From Bryobacterales bacterium (GTDB lineage Bacteria; Acidobacteriota; Terriglobia; Bryobacterales; UBA6623): a DNA stretch of 64,000 nt. Within the stretch, counting starts at the first letter, position 1; each line of letters opens with the position of its first letter. A program made the position numbers and the translations under genes. The DNA lies in the NCBI GenBank assembly GCA_965204095.1, contig OZ241991.1, positions 703,495-767,494 of the forward strand, in the 5' to 3' direction. Of the stretch, positions 23,079 to 33,293 are shown piece by piece. The notes under the pieces are model-generated. The model was not told the origin of the DNA. It worked only from the letters and a program-made list of their open reading frames with translations, and searched no databases.

Positions 23079-23544
23079 GCTACGTGCGGCGCGGCGCTTT
23101 GCAAAGCTCTGGACCGGACGATCGGGGGCAATTCGCTGCCGTCGCGGAAAGGGTCGTTTACGAGAAGGTGCGCCGCCGTCTTTGGGGGCGGTTTGCCGTC
23201 CAGCTCTAGCCTCGGTCGAGTGGACGAAACGCCCACATTGCAATCAACAATGCGCCGAAGTCGAGGACGCAAATGCCTGGCCACACCTGTCCCGTTAGCA
23301 TGAGGGCGGGACCTCCGAGACACATTGAGATGCCGGGGATGAGCATCAGCTTGGTTCGGCGGCAAGCCTCTGCAATCGAGATGCGTAGTTGATCCGCAAG
23401 GGGCTTTCTACGATGATCCGTCATGACTTAAGACTAACGCGTCGCAGGAACCAAGGCTTGGGGTGGGGGTCCAGTCAGCCCTAAGACTGGGGACTCGGCG
23501 CGGCGCCATGTATGCAAGGCGGTACCAGAGTAAGGGCTCGGAGG

Positions 23545-23862
23545 TCATTGGGAAGGAGCCACGGCAGTTAGCACGAACTGGCCTATTGTGGTTAGCAGCG
23601 CCCCTCCAACGATCAGGGCACCGAGGAGCCATTTGATGGACTTCACATCCTCCTGGACTGATCTTACATCGGCTTGCTGCACTTTAGACTGAGCTTGCAA
23701 CTCGGAACCGAAACGCTCGATGACGTTCTGGGCAGCCATCCTTTGCAGGTTCTGGACGAACTCATGGGCGTCCTCGGGCTGAAGCCCGACTTGTAGAAGC
23801 ATCGTGAACAAGCGTCTGGTATCAGCTTCCGGAGACGGCGGAACGGTTGCTTGATTGGACAT
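23545..23862 (-). CDS. Small coiled-coil protein with a C-terminal membrane anchor (DUF1640/CCDC90-like)
   Basis: LFTMLLQVGL.PEDA, coiled coil, IKWLLGALIVGG transmembrane segment; resembles 44311-44583. Confidence 0.5.
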   Translation of the reverse strand: MSNQATVPPSPEADTRRLFTMLLQVGLQPEDAHEFVQNLQRMAAQNVIERFGSELQAQSKVQQADVRSVQEDVKSIKWLLGALIVGGALLTTIGQFVLTAVAPSQ

Positions 23863-24129
23863 CTGGCGACTATTGTAGCCAGACGTAGCAGAAGGCATCC
23901 TTTTCGAGACAGTTGAGATCCAATACCTAGGCTCGCATCGTCTTCAGCTACGGAGCGGACCGACATGTTGGTGCTAGGTTGGCGATGCAAGATTGGGAAC
24001 TTGGAGGTTGAACTGATCAATGGCGAACGCACACGATTACGTGACTCGCGAAAGGGAGTCGCTTTCTACTTCGCTGTGGAAGTCCTCAGCACTGGTAGAT
24101 GAAGGCCAGGTGATACTGTGCAGTGGGGG

Positions 24130-24444
24130 TCATGAGTCAGCCTTCGGTTGTTCCTTCAGAGCCTCGGTGAAATCTTCAATCTGAATCTTCAGGCTCTGGT
24201 GAAACGAGCGTACCAGATCGCGAACATCAGCAGGCAACGGAGAATCACGAAGGTACCGATCTACAGATTCGTCGAGTGTATGAACTACTGAACGAATCCG
24301 AAATCCGGGCACGCCCTGTGCAGCTAGCTCGGCGCCTGCGAGACATGCAGCTAAAATGGACATGAATTCGATGAGGGCAATGGCGGATACAGACGGCTCT
24401 CCGATATCCTCAGCGTCCTTCCCGTTGGTGTGCGACATCGGCAC
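24130..24444 (-). CDS. Hypothetical protein
   Basis: 104-aa ORF with natural composition. Confidence 0.45.
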   Translation of the reverse strand: MPMSHTNGKDAEDIGEPSVSAIALIEFMSILAACLAGAELAAQGVPGFRIRSVVHTLDESVDRYLRDSPLPADVRDLVRSFHQSLKIQIEDFTEALKEQPKADS

Positions 24445-24551
24445 ACTCTAGCACAGACATCAGTACTGCTAGATGCAGGAGAGCATCATCTTTTCCTGCG
24501 CAGGACAGGCTGGACTGAGCCGATCGTAGAGCTTCGAGGAAGGAACAAAAT

Positions 24552-24902
24552 ATGAGCGAAGCAGTTCAGGTAACAGCGGGCAGCAAGAATAGGGAGAAAC
24601 CGCCTGATCAGCCGTGGTTCATTCCGAACGATGAGGAACAAGGCGTCTATCGGTTCATCATTGCCGCTGCTCGGCGCGCCCGCCAACTCCAGCGCGGTGC
24701 GCGACCAAGGATTCCGACAACATCACGCAAGCCGACCAAGATCGCGATGGAAGAGATTCGAACGGGTTTGGTTGTCGTCGATCTTGATCCTCAGCCACCG
24801 GAACCCATCGAAGAGGTCGAGGAAGCTGACGAAGAATTGGAAGAAGCCAAAGACCTTTTGGGGTTTGAAGAAACGACCGTTTCTGAGAAGGCCATTGATT
24901 GA
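24552..24902 (+). CDS. rpoZ: RNA polymerase omega subunit homolog with an acidic tail
   Basis: YRFIIAAARRARQLQRGA..KPTKIAMEEI omega signature; AGGAAGGA ribosome-binding site. Confidence 0.85.
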   Translation: MSEAVQVTAGSKNREKPPDQPWFIPNDEEQGVYRFIIAAARRARQLQRGARPRIPTTSRKPTKIAMEEIRTGLVVVDLDPQPPEPIEEVEEADEELEEAKDLLGFEETTVSEKAID

Positions 24903-25100
24903 GGGAGTTTCAGAACGGACGGAGCATCCAGCCTCTCACCGATGATTTCACGTAAGCGATCTCAGTCACGCTTCGAACGAATACGGTTTGGCGCGTGGCG
25001 GTCATCACAAGAGAGATTCCCTCCCAGCAGGCTCCAGAGAGTTTCTCGGCGTTGATCCATGCTTTCTGGAGCAAGTGCAAGCTGTCGTCTGTGGGAGCTT

Positions 25101-25415
25101 TCATAGAGAGTTGTCGTCGGTCTTGGGACGGTTGCGCTTGGCGTGGTAGGCGCGGCCGGCCTCACGGACGCGCTGCTTGAGCCGATCGAAGGTGGCCTTG
25201 TCGTCGGCGATGATGAAGCGCGCGATGCGCGTGAGTTCGACCTGGTAGCGGCGCGGGATCAGCGTGTCGCCGCAAATCCAGTGACGGTCGTTGAGGCGAC
25301 GCAGGGTGTGGTCGAGGGTGACGGGCTTGCCATCGACGAGGAAGGAGAGCGAGCGGTTGCGGCTCTTCTCGATATCGATCGAGTGGCGGCAGTCCTTCAG
25401 CGAGACCTGTCGCAT
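25101..25415 (-). CDS. Hypothetical protein (copy A)
   Basis: Near-identical paralog at 30212-30526. Confidence 0.6.
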   Translation of the reverse strand: MRQVSLKDCRHSIDIEKSRNRSLSFLVDGKPVTLDHTLRRLNDRHWICGDTLIPRRYQVELTRIARFIIADDKATFDRLKQRVREAGRAYHAKRNRPKTDDNSL

Positions 25416-25471
25416 GTCGTCATTGATGATGGTGCGGCGGGGCGGGTGGAGTCAACGCAGCCGCCGGCCGT

Positions 25472-25654
25472 TCAGCGCGATCGCGTCAGGGGGGCCTTGC
25501 AGCCGTGGTAGGCAAGCCAGCCGACATGGAACCACTTCAGGCAGCGCCGGCACTGCCGGCACAGGGCGCCGTCGATTAGCCGGGGGGCGCTCCATTGAGG
25601 GGGGCCGCTAGAATTGGCTTTGGGCTGATGGGAGTTGCGATCCGGATTCGACAT
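25472..25654 (-). CDS. Small Cys/His-rich protein (copy A), first gene after hairpin element 1
   Basis: CRQCRRC..H..H.C; paralog at 30583-30765. Confidence 0.5.
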   Translation of the reverse strand: MSNPDRNSHQPKANSSGPPQWSAPRLIDGALCRQCRRCLKWFHVGWLAYHGCKAPLTRSR

Positions 25655-25678
25655 GCGATGAAACCTTCCTCGAAGCAA

Positions 25679-25727
25679 GGGTGGGGAGCTTTCCGCTCGC
25701 CCGGTGTTGGCGGAAAGCGGACAACCC
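25679..25727 (-). promoter_or_regulatory. Conserved hairpin leader element, copy 1
   Basis: GGAGCTTTCCGCTC-gcccggtgtt-GGCGGAAAGCGGACAACCC. Confidence 0.85.
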
Positions 25728-25773
25728 TGCGGAGGGAGAGAAGCGTCCGGATCGCGGGTGACTAGGGTACCGC

Positions 25774-26256
25774 GTGGAGCTGCTCGCACTCGCCGTCGCT
25801 GCGATCGTGCTGCTGTACCTGGCCGGCCGGCGGCCCAGGAAGCGGCCGGGGGACACCATCAAGGGCTGGGCGAAGGTGACGGACGGCGACGGCATCAAGG
25901 TGAGGGGCTACAAGGTTCGCTTTGCGGGCCTCGATGCGCCGGAGTGGAATCAGCCGGCGAAGCATCGCTTCGGCTTCTGGTTCAACCACGGCAAGCGGGT
26001 GAAGCGGGCGTTGACGCGCGAGCTGGCCGGCCGCCGCGTTCAGGTGAAGGTTGAGGGCTACGACCGTTACGGCCGTGTGCTGGGGATGGTGGTCTGCCGG
26101 GGCATGGACGTGGGGGAATGGCTGGTGCGGTCCGGCCATGCGATCGCCGCCTTCGACAGCCGCTACCGGGCGGCGGAGAGCGAAGCGCGCAGCGAGCGCC
26201 GGGGCATGTGGGGGTACGGTCAGGCGTTCGACCCGAGGGTCTGGCGGCGGCGCTAG
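25774..26256 (+). CDS. Thermonuclease (SNase/ParB-like nuclease), copy A
   Basis: N-terminal TM, VTDGDGI, VRFAGLDAPE, DRYGRVLG, LVRSGHA, AR..RRGMW. Confidence 0.9.
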   Translation: MELLALAVAAIVLLYLAGRRPRKRPGDTIKGWAKVTDGDGIKVRGYKVRFAGLDAPEWNQPAKHRFGFWFNHGKRVKRALTRELAGRRVQVKVEGYDRYGRVLGMVVCRGMDVGEWLVRSGHAIAAFDSRYRAAESEARSERRGMWGYGQAFDPRVWRRR

Positions 26257-26259
26257 GTT

Positions 26260-26595
26260 TCAGCGTCGTCGTGGACGGGACGGCAATGGCGGCAGCGGGC
26301 CTTCGCGTGGCGGCCAGCAGGTGAGCGGCTGGGACGGTTCTGCCGGCGGCTGGCTGTGCGGCCGGGGTCTATCTGACGTGAGTTGCAGTCGCCCCTGGTA
26401 GAACCAGCGTCCCGGGACAAACACGAGAGCGAACAGGAAGCTGATGCAGCCGAGGCCGATGGCAAGGAAGTGATCGGTTTGCCGAGTAAACGGCATCATC
26501 AAGGTGAAGACGCCTGTGCTGAGCAGGATCGCATAGAGCCGACGGCGCTCCTGAACGATGACGGTACGGAAGTTCTCTTCGAGGGGCTCGCGCAT
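26260..26595 (-). CDS. Small two-TM membrane protein (copy A)
   Basis: Two hydrophobic helices and a Pro-rich tail; paralog at 31374-31760. Confidence 0.55.
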   Translation of the reverse strand: MREPLEENFRTVIVQERRRLYAILLSTGVFTLMMPFTRQTDHFLAIGLGCISFLFALVFVPGRWFYQGRLQLTSDRPRPHSQPPAEPSQPLTCWPPREGPLPPLPSRPRRR

Positions 26596-26766
26596 GCAGT
26601 GAGTATGCACCGGCCTACCGGATTCGACAAGGAGCGCGAAGATCCAGAGGCGGCTCTGACGAGCGGAATGCGGGCCAGAGAGTTTCGACCTGGTGCACGG
26701 CTCTCCGCACGCCGGAGCTTCGACGTCGACGCCGCACGCCGGTGACCGTCCGGCCACGGGGGCGCC

Positions 26767-26937
26767 TTACCCAAGACGACGATCTTTTCGATGACATGGT
26801 CCCAATCGACGGCGGCGAAGTCGCGGCGCCGAAGGGACGAAGCTTGCTTGACAGACCAGGCGTGAATGTCTGAACGCTACATCTCGGCCGACTTGCGCTG
26901 CTGAAGTTCGGCGGGGGATGAAGCGGCCGTGGACATG
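26767..26937 (-). pseudogene. DUF29 gene remnant
   Basis: DNA matches the 5' part of 27023-27658 (encodes LRRRDFAAVDWDHVIE) but is frame-disrupted and truncated. Confidence 0.6.
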
Positions 26938-27022
26938 GGGCCTCGCGAGGCCCTCGTTGCAACTATGCAGAGAGAGAGCGGCAAGTGACTCCGCCGCAAG
27001 ACCGCCTGTTCCAGCGAAGCAG

Positions 27023-27658
27023 CTAGCGGTCCCATTCCAACTCACGGTCGCGGTTGCGGCGTTCCTCAAGAACCTTTTCGACCTGGGGCGGCAGAACAGC
27101 GTCGTCGTGTTGGGGGTTTTTGTCGTCTTTGCGAAGCTCGAAGGCGGTGACGTGCTCGAAGCGATAGGGGCAATCGCGGGGGAGCATCATGCTGCGCCGC
27201 CTGCGAGCGAGAGCCTTATCCGATTGAAGTTTGTTCTCGACATCGTAATCGCCCAATTCACGGGAAGCTCTACGGCGGGCTTCCCGCCAAGCGTCAGAGA
27301 ACATGACGGCGTATTTCGACTGAAGGGAAGGGTTGCGAACGATGGTAGTGACCATCTGGTCGCGGAAGGTCTGGATTTCCTGCTCCCACTTCTCGAGCGT
27401 GGAAGTGCGGGCTTGCTGATGGTGTTCGATCTTGAGCAAGTGCCTGATGACGTTGGCACAAAGCGAAGTCCAAGTATCACGATGACGCTCACCCACGTCG
27501 GAGATCTCCTCGATGACATTGTCCCAATCGACGGCGGCGAAGTCGCGGCGGCGAAGGGCGGAAGCCTGAGCAAGCGACCAGGCGTGAGAATCGATGTCGT
27601 AGAGCTGGGCCGCGTCCTGATCCTGGGAAGGCGCGGGGCGTGTTGTAGCCGTGGACAT
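27023..27658 (-). CDS. DUF29-family protein
   Basis: LYDIDSHAWSLAQASALR..D...VDWDNVIEEI.DVG, HLLK, NPSL, LP.DCPY. Confidence 0.85.
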   Translation of the reverse strand: MSTATTRPAPSQDQDAAQLYDIDSHAWSLAQASALRRRDFAAVDWDNVIEEISDVGERHRDTWTSLCANVIRHLLKIEHHQQARTSTLEKWEQEIQTFRDQMVTTIVRNPSLQSKYAVMFSDAWREARRRASRELGDYDVENKLQSDKALARRRRSMMLPRDCPYRFEHVTAFELRKDDKNPQHDDAVLPPQVEKVLEERRNRDRELEWDR

Positions 27659-27705
27659 GGGGCGTCGAAGCGGCTCTCATTGTAACAACCGCAAGGGGAT
27701 CTAGC

Positions 27706-27951
27706 TCAGGGAAGCGGTAAGCCGCGTTTGGAGAAGAGCAGCGTCAGGGCCTCGGTGAGAAGCTCCTGCACGGTGGTTTCCTCCTCGGAGGCCAGCAGCC
27801 GTAGCTTCTTGGCGACGGCGGGCGAGAAGTAGCCGCCGACGTGCTTGCGCTTGCCGCTCGACTTCGAAGCAGAAGGGGAGTGAGAAGGCGGCGGCGGTTC
27901 TGGCGCCGGGGAACGGGATTTGAGAGCGGCGGCGAACTGGTTGTTGGTCAT
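27706..27951 (-). CDS. Ribbon-helix-helix partition partner (ParG-like), copy A
   Basis: KHVGGYFSP...KKLRLLA.EE.TTVQELL.EAL; ATGA overlap with ParA. Confidence 0.75.
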   Translation of the reverse strand: MTNNQFAAALKSRSPAPEPPPPSHSPSASKSSGKRKHVGGYFSPAVAKKLRLLASEEETTVQELLTEALTLLFSKRGLPLP

Positions 27952-28601
27952 CGAAGGGGGTTTCCGTTGGCAGAAGGATTGAAGTCCTCGAATTTTCGAG
28001 TGATGAAGTCGTGCAGCCGCTTGACTTCGAGGGCGGCCTTGCCGAAGGGCTCGTATTCCTGAGCCGATTGGCCGCTGAGAAGGGCGCGAGCGAAAGCGAC
28101 GCGCCTGCCGAGGCGTACCGGGCAGGTTTCCACGTCATGCGCCGAGAGGGCTTCCTCGGCGAGCACGGCGTCCTGGCCGGTAGAAGCGATGGCGTTGAGA
28201 ATCACCAGTGTTGGTGTCCCGGTGGTGCGGATGAAGGAGAGGGTATTGGTGATGGCCTCGAGATCGAGGATAGCCGGCCGGCAGGGAATGAGCACCAGAT
28301 CGGCGGCGCGAGCGGCTTCGAGAGCGGCGCTGTCGGAATGCGGAGCGGTGTCGAGGAAGAGCATTTCGCCGCCGATCTCGCGGACGCGCCGGATTTCGTG
28401 CTGCAGCCGGCTGGCGTGAGCGGAGAGCACGACGGGCACTTCGGCGGTACGGCGGTCCGACCAGTTGGCGGAGGAAGCCTGCGGATCGAGGTCGATGATG
28501 GCGGTGTTGCGGCCTTGGGCGGCGGAGGCGACGGCCAGGTGCAAGGCGAGGGTGGTCTTGCCGGAGCCGCCTTTCTGGCTGACGATGGCGATGGTATTCA
28601 T
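27948..28601 (-). CDS. parA: ParA-family ATPase (type Ib), copy A
   Basis: SQKGGSGKTT, IDLDPQAS, DTAP, ADLVLIPCRP; no N-terminal HTH. Confidence 0.92.
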   Translation of the reverse strand: MNTIAIVSQKGGSGKTTLALHLAVASAAQGRNTAIIDLDPQASSANWSDRRTAEVPVVLSAHASRLQHEIRRVREIGGEMLFLDTAPHSDSAALEAARAADLVLIPCRPAILDLEAITNTLSFIRTTGTPTLVILNAIASTGQDAVLAEEALSAHDVETCPVRLGRRVAFARALLSGQSAQEYEPFGKAALEVKRLHDFITRKFEDFNPSANGNPLR

Positions 28602-28617
28602 AGGCGTTCTCACGAGT

Positions 28618-28697
28618 CTTGCAATCCTGCAATCCTGCAGGCGTGCAAACTTGCAAGTCTGCAATCCTGCATAACTTCAATTCTGCATGGATGCAGG
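28618..28697. repeat. Ten tandem 8-bp repeats (approx. YYTGCAAK), putative centromere/operator
   Basis: cttgcaat cctgcaat cctgcagg cgtgcaaa cttgcaag tctgcaat cctgcata acttcaat tctgcatg gatgcagg directly upstream of parA. Confidence 0.75.
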
Positions 28698-29220
28698 ATT
28701 CTGGCAAGTCCGGACCACGCGGCAACGCACTGAAAGTGCGTGGGAGAGAAGGCAGCGGGAAGGGGGACGCGAGCTCCGGAAACGGCGGCGAAGCCGCAGC
28801 CGGAGAGCGAGCGGCCGGGCAACGAAAGAGGACCTCGGGGAGCGGCGATCACAACGGAGAAGCCGCGGCCTCGCGAAGACCGGGCTGGGGCGACATGAGG
28901 ACGCGATCGCCGACTTTGACGAGGCGCTCCGGCTGAACCCCAAAGACGCCGGAGTCTTCAACGACCGGGGCCTCGCGCAGGCCGGGCTGGGGCGGTACGA
29001 GGGCGCAATCACCGACTTCGACGAGGCGATCCGGCTGAATCCCGAGAACGCTGCGGGCTTCAACGACCGCGGCACGGCGAAGGCCGCGCTGGAGCGACAC
29101 GAGGCTGCGGCCGCAGATTTCGCCGAGGCGCGACGGCTGAGTCCCGAAGACGCCGAACTACATACCCAGGCCAGCACTGCGATTAGAGGTCAGAATCCGG
29201 GAGAATCGAAAGCAGAGTAG
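28687..29220 (+). CDS. TPR repeat protein, probably 5'-truncated or chimeric
   Basis: Three TPRs (AIADFDEALRLNP..A..FNDRGLA); TPR coding begins where homology to the duplicated module ends (~28865). Confidence 0.65.
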   Translation: MDAGFWQVRTTRQRTESAWERRQREGGRELRKRRRSRSRRASGRATKEDLGERRSQRRSRGLAKTGLGRHEDAIADFDEALRLNPKDAGVFNDRGLAQAGLGRYEGAITDFDEAIRLNPENAAGFNDRGTAKAALERHEAAAADFAEARRLSPEDAELHTQASTAIRGQNPGESKAE

Positions 29221-29733
29221 GACTGACGGGCCGAACGGCGGGCAGATCTTGACTCCTATGGCGGACCGGCAGGGGATCAGCACCAAGTCGGCCGCCCCCG
29301 GCGGCCTCGAGCGCGGTGCTGTCGGAATGACGAGGGGCTGCGCTTGAGAGAGGGAGACTGGAGGCGCTTTGGGGTATCGATGGGATCAGGAGAAGCTCTG
29401 GTCGGTTTCAATGCTAAAATGAGACGAGTGGGTTTTACGGAGTTGTGGACAGAGCTTTTGCTCATACCTCTGACCGGCAGTCCAGGAGCACGAAATTGAA
29501 AAAAAGCACAGCAACAGGTGGATTTGATGCAAAGACGCTGACGAAAGCCGTCTTGGTGGGACCGATAAGGAAGGGCTACGACCCCCTGAACCTTTCTGAG
29601 GTCATTAGCGAAAGACTGTCCCAAGGCTCTGGACATGACAGCGGCGGTGAACCAAGCGACCCGCAAAGCAATGCTGGAACAGACTCGACAGAGTCCGAGG
29701 GAAGCGCAACTGACTAGCTCGAGTTTCTGAAGC

Positions 29734-30174
29734 ATGGTCACTGCCTGCGCCATCATCAAATGGGCGGCATCAAATGTTGGTGTGGCTGCCGCAGTCGTTG
29801 CCGCATTTGCAGCACTGATAACTGCAGTTACGGCCGTTTGGCAAGTGCGTGAAAGTCGCCGGGCAATTCAAGCGCAGGTGTTAGATGCGTCCTTCAGGCA
29901 GCTGCGAGAACATGAGGATCGTTACTACGAAAAAATGCCAGAGCCTGGCTCTCAAGAGGAGCGTAATTGGTGTTCGGGTTTTTTCAATACGCTTGAATAT
30001 ATGTCCTTTCTGGTCAACGAAGGCATAATTCCACAAAAGAGGTTCGCACGGTTCTACCGCAGCGCCATTATCAACTGGTACGACACTGTCTTCCAAGAAA
30101 AAGCAACCGCCGACCAGATCAAGAACCCCCAACGATTCCCCGAGTTGAAGAAACTCTATAAGCGTCTAAAATAA
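29734..30174 (+). CDS. DUF4760-like membrane-anchored protein
   Basis: N-terminal TM, FFNTLEYMSFLVNEGII, FPELKKLY; lower GC than its flanks. Confidence 0.6.
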   Translation: MVTACAIIKWAASNVGVAAAVVAAFAALITAVTAVWQVRESRRAIQAQVLDASFRQLREHEDRYYEKMPEPGSQEERNWCSGFFNTLEYMSFLVNEGIIPQKRFARFYRSAIINWYDTVFQEKATADQIKNPQRFPELKKLYKRLK

Positions 30175-30211
30175 CCCAGGGGCAAGTGCAAGCTGTCGTC
30201 TGTGGGAGCGT

Positions 30212-30526
30212 TCATAGAGCGTTGTCGTCGGTGTTAGGGCAGGTGCGCTTGGCCTTGTAAGCGCGGCCGGCTTCTCGGACGCGCTGCTTGAGCCGATCGA
30301 GGGTGGCTTTCTCGTCGGCGATGATGAAGCGGGCGATGCGGGTGAGCTCGACCTGGTAGCGGCGCCGGATCAGCGTGTCGCCGCAAATCCAGTTACGGTC
30401 GTTGAAACGGCGCAGGGTGTGGTCGAGGGTGACGGGCTTGCCATCGACGAGGAAGGAGAGCGAACGGTTGCGGCTCTTCTCGATATCGATCGCGTGGCGG
30501 CAGTCCTTCAGCGAGACCTGTCGCAT
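30212..30526 (-). CDS. Hypothetical protein (copy B)
   Basis: Paralog of 25101-25415. Confidence 0.6.
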   Translation of the reverse strand: MRQVSLKDCRHAIDIEKSRNRSLSFLVDGKPVTLDHTLRRFNDRNWICGDTLIRRRYQVELTRIARFIIADEKATLDRLKQRVREAGRAYKAKRTCPNTDDNAL

Positions 30527-30582
30527 GCCGTCATTGATGATCGTGCGCCGGGGTGGGCGGAGTCAACGCAGCCGCCGGCCGC

Positions 30583-30765
30583 TCAGTGCGATCGCGGCTT
30601 GCAGGTCTTGCAGCCGTGATAGGCGATCCATCCGATGTGAAACCACTTCAGGCAGCGCCGGCACTGCCGGCACAGGGCGCCGTCGACGAGCTTCTTCGCG
30701 CCCCACATCGAAGGGCGGCTAGAATTGGCGTTGGGTTGATGGGAGTTGCGATCCGGATTCGACAT
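30583..30765 (-). CDS. Small Cys/His-rich protein (copy B)
   Basis: Paralog of 25472-25654. Confidence 0.5.
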   Translation of the reverse strand: MSNPDRNSHQPNANSSRPSMWGAKKLVDGALCRQCRRCLKWFHIGWIAYHGCKTCKPRSH

Positions 30766-30789
30766 GCGATGAAACCTTCCTCGAAGCAA

Positions 30790-30838
30790 GGGTGGGGAGC
30801 TTTCCGCTCGCCCGGCGTTGGCGGAAAGCGGACAACCC
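30790..30838 (-). promoter_or_regulatory. Conserved hairpin leader element, copy 2
   Basis: Same consensus; loop gcccggcgtt. Confidence 0.85.
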
Positions 30839-30885
30839 TGCGCAGGGAGCGAAGCGTCCGGATGGAGGGGGACTAGGGGGAGCAC

Positions 30886-31369
30886 GTGGAGCTGATCGCG
30901 CTGGCCGCCGCCGCAATCGTGCTGCTGTACCTGGCCGGACGGCGCCCCAGGAAACGGCAGGGCGACGTGATCAAGGGCTGGGCGAAGGTGACGGACGGGG
31001 ACGGCATCAAGGTGAAGGGCTATCCGGTGCGCCTGGCGGGCCTCGATGCGCCGGAATGGAATCAGAAGGCGAAGCACCGCTTCGGCTTCTGGTTCAACCA
31101 CGGCAAGCGGGTGAAGCGAGCGCTGACGCGCGAGTTGGCCTTCCGCCGTGTCCAGGTGCGGGTGGAGGGCTACGACCGTTACGGCCGCATCATCGGGACA
31201 GTGAGCTGCCGGGGCATGGACGTGGGGGAATGGCTGGTGCGGTCCGGCCATGCGATCGCCGCTTTCGACAGCCGCTACAGGGCGGCGGAACGCGAAGCGA
31301 AGAGCGAGAGGCGGGGCATGTGGGGGTACGGTCAAGGCCTACGATCCGAGGGTTTGGCGGCGCCGCTAG
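30886..31369 (+). CDS. Thermonuclease copy B with a +1 frameshift near the 3' end
   Basis: Paralog of 25774-26256; an extra A near 31335 bypasses the homologous TAG (31367-31369), so the ORF runs to 31620. Confidence 0.8.
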
Positions 31370-31373
31370 TTTT

Positions 31374-31760
31374 TCAGCGGCGTCGTGGACGCGGCGGCAA
31401 GGGCGGCAGCGGTTTCGTGCGCAGCGGCCAGTGGGTGACGGGCGCCCTCTCCGGCGCAGGAGGCGGCTGCTTGCGCAGTGCAGGCCGGGGCCCGCTTGCG
31501 GCGAGCTCCGGACGGCGGCGGTTGGGGTCCAGTCGAGGCCGCGCCTGGAAGAACCACCGTTCGGGAGCGAACACGATGACGATCAGGCAGGTGACGCAAG
31601 CGATGCCGATGGCAAGGTAGTGCTCGGGGAGCTGAGCGAAGGGCATCATGAGTCCGAAGAGGAAGACGGCGATGAAGATCGTATAGATGCGCCGGTGCTC
31701 CTGCTTGAGCTCTGTCCAGAACTGTTGATCGAAGGGCTCGCGCATGCAGTAAGTATTCAT
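31374..31760 (-). CDS. Small two-TM membrane protein (copy B)
   Basis: Paralog of 26260-26595. Confidence 0.55.
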   Translation of the reverse strand: MNTYCMREPFDQQFWTELKQEHRRIYTIFIAVFLFGLMMPFAQLPEHYLAIGIACVTCLIVIVFAPERWFFQARPRLDPNRRRPELAASGPRPALRKQPPPAPERAPVTHWPLRTKPLPPLPPRPRRR

Positions 31761-32038
31761 CTGATGACCGCATCTGGCAAGGCGGGATGAGATCCTGCGG
31801 CCACCCTTACGGCCGGAAAGTGAGCCAGAGAATCGACTTGGCGCACGAATCTCCGCACGCCGGCGGCCACGTGGCCGCGGGACCGCCAGGGAGGCTTCTC
31901 AGCAGCGCCGTGTGGGGGTCAGCCGGCCCTGGCCGGCTGAGTGAAGCGATCACGGCGCGGTTCGACCGCGACGTAACCGGAGGGCGGCGGAGCGTCCTCC
32001 GCTCTGGGGTGCACGGGCGACTCGGACGGCGCCGGCGG

Positions 32039-32293
32039 TCAGTCCAGGAGCGAGACGAAGATGAATTGGGCGTAGAAGATCGCGAAAACGCTCAGCATGA
32101 CGATCACCTGACCGGGCGAGGTCGTGAAGGGCAGGATGCCGACATAGACGAACCAGGCAGCGCAGAAGGCGTAGAACGAGCGGCGTTCTCGGCGCGCCTT
32201 CCTGCGCCATTCGGCCAACTCGCGGGCGTGTCTCTCGCGAATTTCTTCGAGGGACTCGTCGGAAAGCGGCATGCCTCCAGTATGGAGTCGCAT
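32039..32293 (-). CDS. Small two-TM membrane protein
   Basis: GILPFT..GQVIVMLSVF resembles the adjacent membrane proteins; start uncertain. Confidence 0.45.
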   Translation of the reverse strand: MRLHTGGMPLSDESLEEIRERHARELAEWRRKARRERRSFYAFCAAWFVYVGILPFTTSPGQVIVMLSVFAIFYAQFIFVSLLD

Positions 32294-33293
32294 CCTGTTG
32301 ATGACAAGCTGCCGGCCGCGACAGAGACGGGGGGCTCGACAACCTCATAAGAGCGTTCACGCCGACCGTTATGGCGAGGCGGCGTGAGCCGCCGATTCCC
32401 CTAACTCGGCCGAGCAAAGGAATCCGTGTCCGGATCCATTTGCGCTGACATGAGAATGCGCTCAAGCGCAGCAGCTCGAGCGCACGCCGGATCGCGAGGC
32501 GGGGCCTGCCAAGCCGGGCGTGCCCGGGTCCGGAAAAGGCCGATGATGGCTGGGGGAATCTCGGTGAAGGGACGTAAGGACTGCCTGGGCCTGCCCGCCA
32601 TAGCGAGTGGCAACCCAAGCCGGAGGATGGAGCAAGGGAGCTTCATAGGGGCACTGCGGCCGCAATTGTCGAGAAAGCAGAGAACCTCACGGCATGAGGA
32701 AGATGCCAGGGAGCCGAGGCAAGGTGAGCAACTCAACTCTTAGCAGAATGGCGAAACCAACTCAGACAACGGGAGAGACAACGAGACAGCGAAGCATGGG
32801 GCCGATCGAGAGAGCAACAGGAGCGAAGAGGCGAAGCAAGCGAGGAAGAGGAAGGAGCAACGCGATGGATGACGTCAAAGCACTCGTGGCAAATCTCCCA
32901 CCTGGTGCCAAAGGGATTGCGGGCGGTGTAGTAGGGAACGGAGCGAATCGTGAGAGCACAGAAGACGCAGAGAGCGGGGTAATGGAAGGTAGGGTCGTGA
33001 TGGACGGCGACTTTCTGAAAATCCGTGAAGGTCTCGTAGAGAAGCTGATCCTGCTCGTGATAGCGGCGCATGAGCAAGCGCAGATTGTCACCACGAGGAT
33101 CGAAGGACCATTCATGGGCGAGAAGGCGCTCCAAGGCATCAGGGGAAGTCGGAGAGTGAATGCCGTCGCGCAGCAAGGCTTTGGCTTCATCCAGGGACAG
33201 CTTCATGGCAAGTGCTGGGAGCGAGCATAAGCGAGAAAGACGGCAGCGGCAAGGCGAAACGGCGCAGAAGAGCAGCAGCAGGGAGCGTCCTGC

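Noticed and set aside
32401-33230. Overlapping ORFs between the membrane-protein genes
   Set aside because: Several competing frames with no recognisable motif; the real gene cannot be chosen from sequence alone.
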